A stretch of 37,325 bases of DNA, from assembly GCA_964347045.1 (NCBI GenBank), contig CAYFXC010000004.1:129660-166984 (forward strand), read 5' to 3'. This document shows, piece after piece, positions 18,228 to 26,592 of this stretch. Position numbers and translations under genes: made by a program. Source of the DNA: an uncultured archaeon (GTDB lineage: Archaea > Asgardarchaeota > Hermodarchaeia > Hermodarchaeales > Hermodarchaeaceae). The first letter of the stretch is position 1. Every line of letters begins with the position of its first letter. The notes beneath the pieces are model-generated. The model had not been told where the DNA came from, made no database searches, and worked only from the letters and a program-made list of their open reading frames with translations.

Positions 18228-19216
18228 AGTTGCTTAATCTCTTTGAGAAGCATTGGATCAATATTACTTCCGCTAGCGATAATTGCAACCGTGTCATTCT
18301 TACGAACCTGCACCCGTTTTTCAAGTAATGCAGCGATTCCGACAACACCGGCTGGCTCAAGTATTTGATGTTCATGATCTAGAGTCCAACGAATCGCTTT
18401 GCGTAAGCCTTGTTCTTCAACTAGCACAACATCATCAACATATTTCAGTGCAATATCGAGGTTCAACTGATCAGTATTTCCAGCCAACCCATCAGCAATA
18501 GTGTGTTCAATGGGGACATGGAAAAGCCGCCTATTTTTATAATTTTCAAAGAAGGCTCGAGTTGCAGTGGTTTGCACACCAATTATTCGGATATCAGGGT
18601 CGATGGTTTTGACCCAAACAGAAATTCCTGAAATCAGTCCACCCCCGCCTATGGGTACAACTACAACATTGGTTTCTGGTAAATCCTCGAGGAGCTCATA
18701 CCCAATAGTACCCTGTCCAGCGATCACCAAGGGATCAGCGTAAGCATGGATTAATGTCATTTGATGTTTTTTGGCGTATTTAATGCTGAAAATTGCGGCT
18801 TCGTCATAGTTACTTCCATGTTCAAAGATTTTAGCACCATACTGCTTACATTTTTCCAATTTCAAAGGTGATGCATTTTGCGGTACGACAACGGTTGCAG
18901 AGATATCCAGTTGTTGTGCTGCATACGCTACAGCGAGCGCATGGTTGCCTGTAGACGCGGTAATGACACCACGTTGAGCAATCTCCGCAGGGAGTGATGC
19001 AACCTTGTTATATGCACCTCGAACTTTGAAAACCCCTGTTTTCTGCAGACATTCCCATTTTATAAAAACGGGAACTTTCGAGATCCTTTGCAGATTTGCT
19101 GAGGGTTGAACAGGAGTTCGTTTGATGACGCCTTCAAGGCGTTTACGTGCCTGAAGAATCATCCGCGGTGAAATTGGAAAAGATGTTGAAACTGATTGAT
19201 CCATAATGCATTGCAC
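18224..19216 (-). CDS. PLP-dependent threonine/serine dehydratase (no ACT domain)
   Basis: K.E.LQKTGVFKVRGA, ASTGNHA, PIGGGGLISG, TIADGL, EPAG and SGSNID motifs. Confidence 0.92.
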   Translation of the reverse strand: MQCIMDQSVSTSFPISPRMILQARKRLEGVIKRTPVQPSANLQRISKVPVFIKWECLQKTGVFKVRGAYNKVASLPAEIAQRGVITASTGNHALAVAYAAQQLDISATVVVPQNASPLKLEKCKQYGAKIFEHGSNYDEAAIFSIKYAKKHQMTLIHAYADPLVIAGQGTIGYELLEDLPETNVVVVPIGGGGLISGISVWVKTIDPDIRIIGVQTTATRAFFENYKNRRLFHVPIEHTIADGLAGNTDQLNLDIALKYVDDVVLVEEQGLRKAIRWTLDHEHQILEPAGVVGIAALLEKRVQVRKNDTVAIIASGSNIDPMLLKEIKQL

Positions 19217-19335
19217 CCAATGAATTTGAATGTCAAATTAGATAACGATTCCTCAGTAGGAATTTTCCGATTCTGCTCAGGTGCGATTGTTTATAAGTCT
19301 GCATTTTCGTTAGTGAAAAACAGAGTGTGACCTCT

Positions 19336-19812
19336 ATGTCCCAAGATGAAGTTCAACAGAAACTCCATTGTCGACGATGTGGTCGACCACGAATTGTTAA
19401 TCGCGTCAGCAAACCTAAAGCAGACCAAGTCAAGCTTCACATGAGTTGTCCTGTACACCGCAGTGAAGTCATTTACAAGATGCCTCTAAGCCGCTTTGAA
19501 GAGACAAGTGATCTTGTTCGTGAACACGTGTTCTTATGTAAGAAATGTGGACAACCCGTTGATGTTGTAGGGCAACGAGCAGGTAGCAACACAACTACTG
19601 TCACCATTCAATGTCCAGAACATCGCAACGGCAAACGAAAAGTCAACAACTCGCTCCTTGATCCAATACTCGGTGCAGTCCCAACAATACAGGCTAGTGA
19701 GGCAGTAACACCGGCATCAGCTACTACCTCAAAATTCTGTGCTAGTTGTGGTTCACCAGTTCCAACCGCTGAAGCAAGATTCTGCCATCATTGCGGCGCT
19801 TCACTTGATTAA
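19336..19812 (+). CDS. Multi-zinc-finger protein (2x CxxC...CPxH plus C-terminal zinc ribbon)
   Basis: CRRC..CPVH, CKKC..CPEH, FCASCG..FCHHCG; TATA TTTATAAG at 19290-19297. ORF open from 19327. Confidence 0.85.
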   Translation: MSQDEVQQKLHCRRCGRPRIVNRVSKPKADQVKLHMSCPVHRSEVIYKMPLSRFEETSDLVREHVFLCKKCGQPVDVVGQRAGSNTTTVTIQCPEHRNGKRKVNNSLLDPILGAVPTIQASEAVTPASATTSKFCASCGSPVPTAEARFCHHCGASLD

Positions 19813-19868
19813 CTCCTGGATTATTACTCCCAGCGTCGGAGATAGAAGAGAATGTAAGGTTTCCATCG

Positions 19869-20666
19869 CTAGGGTTGTCTTTTTATGAGTGGATAGATTT
19901 TCCTTGCAGAGGTTATGTAACCAGTGTGCCCAATCATTCTCGTGGCTGGACGTGTTTTTCCCGGACGAACAAGAATTTCACGTTCAATTAGTTCGCGGGT
20001 CATGATTTCTGTGAAGTGTGACTCATAGAGAGCATCCACAGTACGTTGGGTTTGTTCTATGGTCGGTGAAAAAGAAACTATGACACCGCTGCCGCGAAGC
20101 GCCTTATAGGCAAGGGGTACAACATTCCACGGAACAGCCATGTCTAAGACAATTGCGTCAACCTCGGTTTCTTGAATTCCTTCAAGAATGTCCTGTTGTT
20201 TTATTGTGATGATCTCGCCAAGTCCGATTTTTTCTATATTCTTTTGTGCTTCCCGAGCGAAATCTTCACGTATCTCATATGAAAAAACGTGTCCGGAGGG
20301 TGCTACATAATTGCCAAGAAGAGAAGTAAGCGCGCCACTGCCAGTTCCCGCCTCAACTATTACCGATCCAGGTCCGATTCCTGCGATTAGCAAAATGAAA
20401 CCTGCGTCTTTGGGATATACAATATTGGTTTGTCGTCCCAATTTGATGGCTCGATCTCGGGGCAAGGGTGAGAGCGCGGCCACGTTTGCGCCAAGACTAG
20501 TAGTTATCATACTCCCGAATGGTTGATCGATGACTTTGTCAAAGTCTAATATTCCTCGATGAATATGGAAAGATTTCCCTGCTTCTACACGTAAGAGCCA
20601 ATGGCGACGGGAATCTAAATAGAAGAGAACTTGGTCACCGCTTCGGATTGCTGTCATGACATTCAC
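19869..20666 (-). CDS. trmI: tRNA (adenine-N1)-methyltransferase
   Basis: RQTNIVYPKD, VEAGTGSGALT, YEIREDF, LDMAVPW, SPTIEQ and HTGYI motifs. Confidence 0.95.
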   Translation of the reverse strand: MNVMTAIRSGDQVLFYLDSRRHWLLRVEAGKSFHIHRGILDFDKVIDQPFGSMITTSLGANVAALSPLPRDRAIKLGRQTNIVYPKDAGFILLIAGIGPGSVIVEAGTGSGALTSLLGNYVAPSGHVFSYEIREDFAREAQKNIEKIGLGEIITIKQQDILEGIQETEVDAIVLDMAVPWNVVPLAYKALRGSGVIVSFSPTIEQTQRTVDALYESHFTEIMTRELIEREILVRPGKTRPATRMIGHTGYITSARKIYPLIKRQP

Positions 20667-20803
20667 TAGAATGCCTAGCTCGCATCTCCTTTTCAGCCTT
20701 CTGCCTAAAATCTCAAAATGCCGTAGAAATTCAAAGGGTCAGGAAAATGAGAGGAAACAGTTAAGGGCATTCTTTGTAATGTTTGAAAATAGGAGGAAGC
20801 AGT

Positions 20804-21793
20804 GTGGCAACTCAACCAATTGAAACCATGACCGCTTTAAAGTGCCAATCCTGCAATGCTCCGCTCACCGTTTCTCCTGATGACGTCGTGATTGTTTGCA
20901 ACTATTGCGGATACACTTCAACTGTCGAAGGAGAGAAAGTTGAGAATCATTTCGTCTTGGAACCTACAATTGATGCGGGTGAGGTCCGCGAAAAGGTTAC
21001 AGAGTGGGTAGGACGAGGTGGCAAAGCCCGAGTGACGGAATCACATCTTCGATTTGTACCCTTTTGGGTTGAATCGATGCATGCGTATACCTCGTACCAG
21101 GGGTATAAAGAACACCGCGAAACGGAATACTATACTGATTCGCAAGGGAAACGACGCTCTCGAACGAAAATCGAATATGAGCCCATCCAGGGGCACTTCG
21201 ATGAGAATCGTTCGGTTAATGTGTTGTGTAGACGTGGTGCCACCTTCTATAGCCAAGGCGAATTGGATAAGGCACTTCATGTGACTAAGAGGGATATCAA
21301 ACCCTTTGATTACAATGCTATAACAGCAGTGGAATCAAAGCCCCTCTTTTTGAACAGTGAACTCACCGACACCGATGCCTATGAAATCGCTGAAACCTTT
21401 ATTGCGCAAGACCATCGTAGCCGTGCAGATAGCACGGCGACAAAAATCTGGGACTGTCATAGCCGAATCAACAAAACTGGTTCGTATCTATTGCATGTCC
21501 CGCATTGGCTAGTGCGTTATCGATTTGGCAGCGAGACCTATCGAGTAGGCATCGATGGTCACACCAAAAAAGTCCTGAAAGGGGAAATCCCCATTTCTGG
21601 TAGTTTTCGAGGTGCAATGTTCTTTATGAGCATAATAGCCGTGCTCATAGGAACCGTCGGAACCTATTTTGTAGCTCAACTACTCGCCCCAGACTACTCA
21701 GTCCTATCCATCATCCTCGTAGTCATCGGTTTAATTCTTGGGGCCTTCGGCATACAACAAAGCTTCAAAATTAGCGCAGAAAAGCGAGAGTGA
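20804..21793 (+). CDS. Zinc-ribbon membrane protein (YdjG-like architecture), paralog 1
   Basis: CQSC...CNYCG, FVPFW, LHVPHW, IDGHT, two C-terminal TM helices; AGGAGG RBS before GTG 20804. Confidence 0.85.
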   Translation: MATQPIETMTALKCQSCNAPLTVSPDDVVIVCNYCGYTSTVEGEKVENHFVLEPTIDAGEVREKVTEWVGRGGKARVTESHLRFVPFWVESMHAYTSYQGYKEHRETEYYTDSQGKRRSRTKIEYEPIQGHFDENRSVNVLCRRGATFYSQGELDKALHVTKRDIKPFDYNAITAVESKPLFLNSELTDTDAYEIAETFIAQDHRSRADSTATKIWDCHSRINKTGSYLLHVPHWLVRYRFGSETYRVGIDGHTKKVLKGEIPISGSFRGAMFFMSIIAVLIGTVGTYFVAQLLAPDYSVLSIILVVIGLILGAFGIQQSFKISAEKRE

Positions 21794-21812
21794 ATGAAAA
21801 AGGTGAAAAAAA

Positions 21813-22805
21813 ATGGCAAAGAAACATTGTCCAAATTGCGGAGGAGCACTCAATGTTCATGCTGATGATGCCATCATTACTTGTTCCTATTGTGGAACAA
21901 GCTTTACACCGGATGGCTCAAAAATGAAAGAACATTATGCGCTAGCCGTAAATTACACTCAAAGTGATGCTTTAGATACTCTCAAAGCCTACTTGGTGAA
22001 AGTTCCAGGTGTTGCAGATGATTTAGCGGAGAAAATTAATTTGAAAGACCTCTCGATGACTTTCTACCCTTATTGGACTGTAACAGTTCAAGGAGATGTA
22101 ACATACAAGGGAATTGACCGAAAGGCAACGTTTCGAGGACAATCGGGAGGTCGGTATTCAAGTATCAACTGGGAATGGGTCGCCGAATCAGGGCATCAAG
22201 ACCAGACACGGCAGATCCGATTGTATGCAGGACCAAAAACGCGTTCTGAAATTGTTAATTACCCAATCGCAACACGGTCACGCCGTTATTTCAATTTTGA
22301 GGAGGCAAAACAATATACAGCAAATGTATTGTTCTCGAAAGTTTCGGCGGAAACTGCTAAACAACAAGCTACTGCGGCAACCCGAAATATGATTTATTCA
22401 CGAATTAAGCGGGAAACTGAACGCGTAGATGACTCCCGAGAAAACTTCAATGTTACTGATCAAGCCTACATCCATGTCCCTATCTATCATATCCAATTTT
22501 CTGTTGGTGGTAGAAAAACCTACGAAGCCGCTTTAGATGCATCAAACGGTCGTGTTATCTATACAGATATTCCCACGACAACGGGATTCAAAGCCAGAAC
22601 GATTAGTATGTCCATTATCTGGTTTGCATTTACTATTGCCGGTGCTATCATCACATATATGGCATATAGTGGAATTTCCCTCATAGGATTGAACCCTGAG
22701 TTTCTTTTCTATGCAGGGATCGGGTTGACTATAATTCCATTAATACTAGCACTCCTTACGCTCTACTTTGGATTCCGAGGTACGGCAGCAGAAAGAGCAC
22801 AATAG
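21813..22805 (+). CDS. Zinc-ribbon membrane protein (YdjG-like architecture), paralog 2
   Basis: CPNC...CSYCG, FYPYW, IHVPIY, LDASNG, two C-terminal TM helices; AGGTGA RBS. Confidence 0.85.
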   Translation: MAKKHCPNCGGALNVHADDAIITCSYCGTSFTPDGSKMKEHYALAVNYTQSDALDTLKAYLVKVPGVADDLAEKINLKDLSMTFYPYWTVTVQGDVTYKGIDRKATFRGQSGGRYSSINWEWVAESGHQDQTRQIRLYAGPKTRSEIVNYPIATRSRRYFNFEEAKQYTANVLFSKVSAETAKQQATAATRNMIYSRIKRETERVDDSRENFNVTDQAYIHVPIYHIQFSVGGRKTYEAALDASNGRVIYTDIPTTTGFKARTISMSIIWFAFTIAGAIITYMAYSGISLIGLNPEFLFYAGIGLTIIPLILALLTLYFGFRGTAAERAQ

Positions 22806-22971
22806 ATTATAGTGTTAAGCATTACCTGACTTTTCAAGTCATAAGGCTCTTAGTGTGAAGACCCACCGAATCTTACGCATCAGAAGCAGTTCACAGGTGA
22901 TTCCCATGTGCTGGCGAGATTTTATAAGGTCTCGACCCAATGCCTAAATAGTGACCATCGAGGTGATCTCC

Positions 22972-23517
22972 TTGGGAGATGATGACAAACCATCTATTAT
23001 GGAAAAAGTCGATGATGAACGCACATTAACACAAAAAATTATGAAATTAGTGCCCGGTTGGCGGGGATACCGGATCAAGGAAGAACGCCGTAACGCTGAC
23101 CGTATACTTCGCGACCAAATTGTCAGTCGCCTTCGCCAAAGCAAAGATAAAATCAAAGATATTCAAACAGCAGTTGTTGATGCAGAAATAGAAGAAGTCT
23201 ACAAAACAGTAGATTCCCTTTCTAGTAGAACAGAGAGACTCATTAGCCAAATCGAACATGCCGATTATGGTTACCGACCCTTCTTTGATGCAATTAAAAT
23301 CAAAGAAGATGATCTAATGAATATGCTGCGATATGACACATGGTTTGTGGAACAAGTGCAAGCCTTTGACCAGCAGTGTGATGATATCCTAATGCTAGTG
23401 GAAGATGATCCAGATGAAGCTAGTGGGCACATAAAGGACCTTCGGAAAATAGCTACTCAACTCAACCGAAAATGGAAAGAACGCGAGCAAGTGATTTTAG
23501 GCGTGGAAGTTGTTTAA
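22972..23517 (+). CDS. Helical/coiled-coil hypothetical protein
   Basis: PGWRGY..KE.RR.AD.ILR and ADYGY.PFFD..KI.E motifs; GAGGTGA RBS before TTG 22972; TATA TTTTATAAG at ~22920. ORF open from 22951. Confidence 0.85.
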   Translation: MGDDDKPSIMEKVDDERTLTQKIMKLVPGWRGYRIKEERRNADRILRDQIVSRLRQSKDKIKDIQTAVVDAEIEEVYKTVDSLSSRTERLISQIEHADYGYRPFFDAIKIKEDDLMNMLRYDTWFVEQVQAFDQQCDDILMLVEDDPDEASGHIKDLRKIATQLNRKWKEREQVILGVEVV

Positions 23518-23521
23518 AGGG

Positions 23522-23562
23522 ATCTGGGTCCGAATCTATTGGACCCTGATTTTCTTTTCTTT
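23522..23562 (+). terminator. Hairpin plus T-rich tract
   Basis: GGGTCC-N9-GGACCC followed by TGATTTTCTTTTCTTT just after the stop at 23517. Confidence 0.6.
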
Positions 23563-23607
23563 CGGAGTCAAAAGCAAATAATATTTTCAAGAGAATAAAA
23601 GGGCACG

Positions 23608-24075
23608 TTACTTACTGATATTGTATATAGTGGCTTTTGTAAGTCTTTGCACATCAGCAGGACTGATTTCTAGTAAGGTGTTAATTCTACCCCCTCCTCC
23701 AATCACCGTTTCACACTCCATTGAAAGTACGTCAATGAAGGTGGGAAGTTGTTGTTTGTGCCCAACAGGGGGAACAGCTCCAACCGCATAACCCGTGAAT
23801 TCTCTAACTTCTAGGGGAGTTGCTCTTCGGACAGATTGAACTTTTCTAATTCGGGCAAGCTTCTTCGTACTTACTCGTCTATTCCCTGGAACGATGGCTA
23901 GTACCGGTTGTCCATTATTGTCAATAAAAAGCATACTTTTGATGATTCTATCGGGGCTAACTTCTAATTGTTTAACTGCAGCATTGACAGTCATAGTGTG
24001 TTCTGTAAAAACATGAAACGTTACTTCAACACCTACGTTTCGTAGATAGTTCTTTAGCTCATCAATTGACATCAA
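23608..24075 (-). CDS. YbaK/EbsC aminoacyl-tRNA deacylase family protein
   Basis: IIKSML, TGYAVGAVPPVGH and GGG motifs. Confidence 0.9.
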   Translation of the reverse strand: MMSIDELKNYLRNVGVEVTFHVFTEHTMTVNAAVKQLEVSPDRIIKSMLFIDNNGQPVLAIVPGNRRVSTKKLARIRKVQSVRRATPLEVREFTGYAVGAVPPVGHKQQLPTFIDVLSMECETVIGGGGRINTLLEISPADVQRLTKATIYNISK

Positions 24076-24125
24076 AACGCACTCTCAGTAAGATATTCAT
24101 TTTTTCAATTTTAAAGTAAAATCTG

Positions 24126-24704
24126 CTAGCATCGATCACTCATAATCGGTTTTTCTTTTAGCTGATTGAAAATAGTATCTTCAATACCAAAAAGCGTTTT
24201 ACGAATTGTGGGGGCGAGCATTGAAACAAGACTATGTCGACATTCTGAGAGAAAACTCGGTGATCGAGCCTCGTTGCTCAGATCAGCCTTTTCCACTTTC
24301 CGTTTTCCGATTCCCAATCGTGATACAAACCGACGAACCGCACTAGGAGCTACTCCACCCACAAGTTCAATTACATCAATATCAGCAAATCGAAATAGAC
24401 CCTGCTTTTCAGCAAGATGTTGAAGAGGTAGTGGAAGTTCAGAAGTAGGACGGTACTCAAGCCCAACCATCCATTTCTTAATTTGAAGTGGATCAGCATT
24501 AGTTTCGAAGGTAAATCTTACTGCCCGAGCCCAGGAACCTCCAACCGCTTGGGCACGAACCCAATCTCGCTTAACCGTTTTCGCATTGCCCAAGGAATTC
24601 ATAATCAGTAAGATACGTTGTGCATTTTCTTCATAATATCCAAGAGCATCATAACATTCGATTTGAACAAGATGTATCGGTTTTGTCTTATTCAAGGGCT
24701 GCAC
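24126..24704 (-). CDS. Hypothetical protein (weak CitX/HPPK-like motif)
   Basis: 192-aa ORF filling the gap between genes; contains IKKWMVGLE...FRFADIDV. Confidence 0.65.
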   Translation of the reverse strand: MQPLNKTKPIHLVQIECYDALGYYEENAQRILLIMNSLGNAKTVKRDWVRAQAVGGSWARAVRFTFETNADPLQIKKWMVGLEYRPTSELPLPLQHLAEKQGLFRFADIDVIELVGGVAPSAVRRFVSRLGIGKRKVEKADLSNEARSPSFLSECRHSLVSMLAPTIRKTLFGIEDTIFNQLKEKPIMSDRC

Positions 24705-24795
24705 TTCAAATTATTGATTAATTGTATCCATACTAGATGTCCACAACAGATAAGAGATGTAAACACGATGAACTGGCTAATACCTGCTTAACAGG

Positions 24796-25914
24796 ATGTT
24801 TGAGGTTATAACTGTGGCGTTATTCTGGAAAACGAAACCTACTGTTGATCTAAAAAAGGCTGAAAAAATTCTTAGTGACCACAAAGTTTTTTCATTTATT
24901 GGAAGTGGAGATCCGCATGAGGAAATGGGAAAGTGTCGAGTCTTTTTAAAAACGATAGAGCAAACAAAAAAGGATCTTTTAATCTTTGATGGAGATTTCC
25001 TTGCAGATCCAGCATATTTGAAAGCAGAACAGGATATTACAGCAATCACTCAGAAATCAGTCAAAGCCCTCAGTCAACTTTATGGAAAGCTCCTTGAAGC
25101 CAAAACTCCAACCTTACTAGCTGCGGGGAACTATGAGATATTTGGTACAACAACTGATGCAATTCAAGATCTAGGCACAGACGAACTGTTCGATGTAGGT
25201 TGCAATAAGAAAGCTCCACTAAAAGAGATAATGATCTTTGAAAAACCCGTTTTTATGGATGTTATCACCCAACGAATTACTTGGCCTGGAAATGTTTACA
25301 ATACCAAAGGATTCACCTTGATTGGAGCGGAGGGATCAAACCCAATTAATTATACATTTCCGGGAGAACGAACTGAAGAGAACATACGCTGGGCACTTGA
25401 AACTCCTTGGTCCAATATCTCACCAGAATCCGAAAAGACAATTCTGGTAGTTCATTCTCCTCCATTTGGAATACGTGATCGCTTGGGCCGGTTTGGAGTC
25501 CCTCCTCACCTATGGGGGGCCCGAAAGGGTAGTACTGGTCTTAGGAATTTTCTTGATACAAAAAGAGCATTCTTGACCCTAGTGGGTCATATTCATGAAG
25601 ATTTTGGAATAAACATTCGCGCCTATCCCAAGGATGATCAAGAAGCGGAACCAAAGGAAACTGACATGACTTTTCGAAACCGAACAAAACTCCTAATTGG
25701 ATACGACACAAAACAAACTGAACTCTCAATCGTCCTTAACAAAGGTACTCTTGAATACTGGAACTGGTCTCACATCACTATCGCAGAACAAGGAACTCTT
25801 CGATTAATCGATGTTGAAGGTGAATGGATGAATCGGAAAGGTGAAAAGAAATCGTTCAAAAAGTATAATCAAATAATTGATTATGACAATTCTATTTCAT
25901 CATTCTTTACATAA
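24796..25914 (+). CDS. Icc-related metallophosphoesterase, divergent
   Basis: GDPH, GDF, GNYE, HSPP, GS..LR and GHIHE motifs. Confidence 0.85.
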   Translation: MFEVITVALFWKTKPTVDLKKAEKILSDHKVFSFIGSGDPHEEMGKCRVFLKTIEQTKKDLLIFDGDFLADPAYLKAEQDITAITQKSVKALSQLYGKLLEAKTPTLLAAGNYEIFGTTTDAIQDLGTDELFDVGCNKKAPLKEIMIFEKPVFMDVITQRITWPGNVYNTKGFTLIGAEGSNPINYTFPGERTEENIRWALETPWSNISPESEKTILVVHSPPFGIRDRLGRFGVPPHLWGARKGSTGLRNFLDTKRAFLTLVGHIHEDFGINIRAYPKDDQEAEPKETDMTFRNRTKLLIGYDTKQTELSIVLNKGTLEYWNWSHITIAEQGTLRLIDVEGEWMNRKGEKKSFKKYNQIIDYDNSISSFFT

Positions 25915-25919
25915 ACTGT

Positions 25920-26330
25920 TTATTTCTTCTTCAGATCAGGAAACGTCCAACGCTCCCCCTCTTTCTTAGTCACTGCTAATTTCCGCTTCACAAAGTAATG
26001 CATAGTTGCAAGTGCCTTATTTTCTGGTAGCCATAATTCTTTGGTCATAAATTCCAAGCGCATAATTCCATTGTGCTTCACAGCAAGTCGTGCAACATAT
26101 TCTGCTCTCTGTAATTGAATCAATTGCAAATAAATGAACATGACTGCAGCCAAGATAAGAAATATCCCTCCAAGGGAAGTATAGAGAACCTGTTCAACGA
26201 ATCCAAGGTTTATGAATTGAATTACGACAGCCAACCCCAATCCAACCACAATAATTGTGGCTATTGAATAAAGGAACCAACGCCGTCGTCTTATCGGCTT
26301 CATCACTTTTTGTAATCCTTCTGTCATCAT
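25920..26330 (-). CDS. Membrane protein, 2 TM plus a possible C-terminal winged-helix
   Basis: Two hydrophobic helices followed by a basic helical domain ending WTFPD; GGTGA RBS. Confidence 0.75.
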   Translation of the reverse strand: MMTEGLQKVMKPIRRRRWFLYSIATIIVVGLGLAVVIQFINLGFVEQVLYTSLGGIFLILAAVMFIYLQLIQLQRAEYVARLAVKHNGIMRLEFMTKELWLPENKALATMHYFVKRKLAVTKKEGERWTFPDLKKK

Positions 26331-26341
26331 ATCACCCGAAT

Positions 26342-26382
26342 AAAAAAGGGAGGGAGGGCCGTTTTGCTACTTTGGACGGCCC
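26342..26382 (-). terminator. Hairpin plus T-tract after the NSS operon
   Basis: Minus strand GGGCCGT-N13-ACGGCCC then TCCCTCCCTTTTTT. Confidence 0.5.
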
Positions 26383-26591
26383 AAATACATTAGGTAAAAG
26401 AAGAAGACTAGCACGCCATAGGTCAATAAAGTATCGAGGACTAGGATGGCTACAACAATGGGAGCAGCCCCCATTGTCCACCAGAATATCCCTGCGATTC
26501 CAGTTATTATGGCAATAATGATCGGCCAGATAAGACCGCCCCAAATGCCGAAACGCTCGAACATTCCAAAAAATATGTCCATTAATCCCAT
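26367..26591 (-). CDS. Small 2-TM protein, probable accessory subunit of the NSS transporter
   Basis: ATG 1 bp after the transporter stop with AAGGAG RBS; almost entirely hydrophobic. Confidence 0.72.
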   Translation of the reverse strand: MGLMDIFFGMFERFGIWGGLIWPIIIAIITGIAGIFWWTMGAAPIVVAILVLDTLLTYGVLVFFFYLMYLGRPK

Positions 26592-26592
26592 G

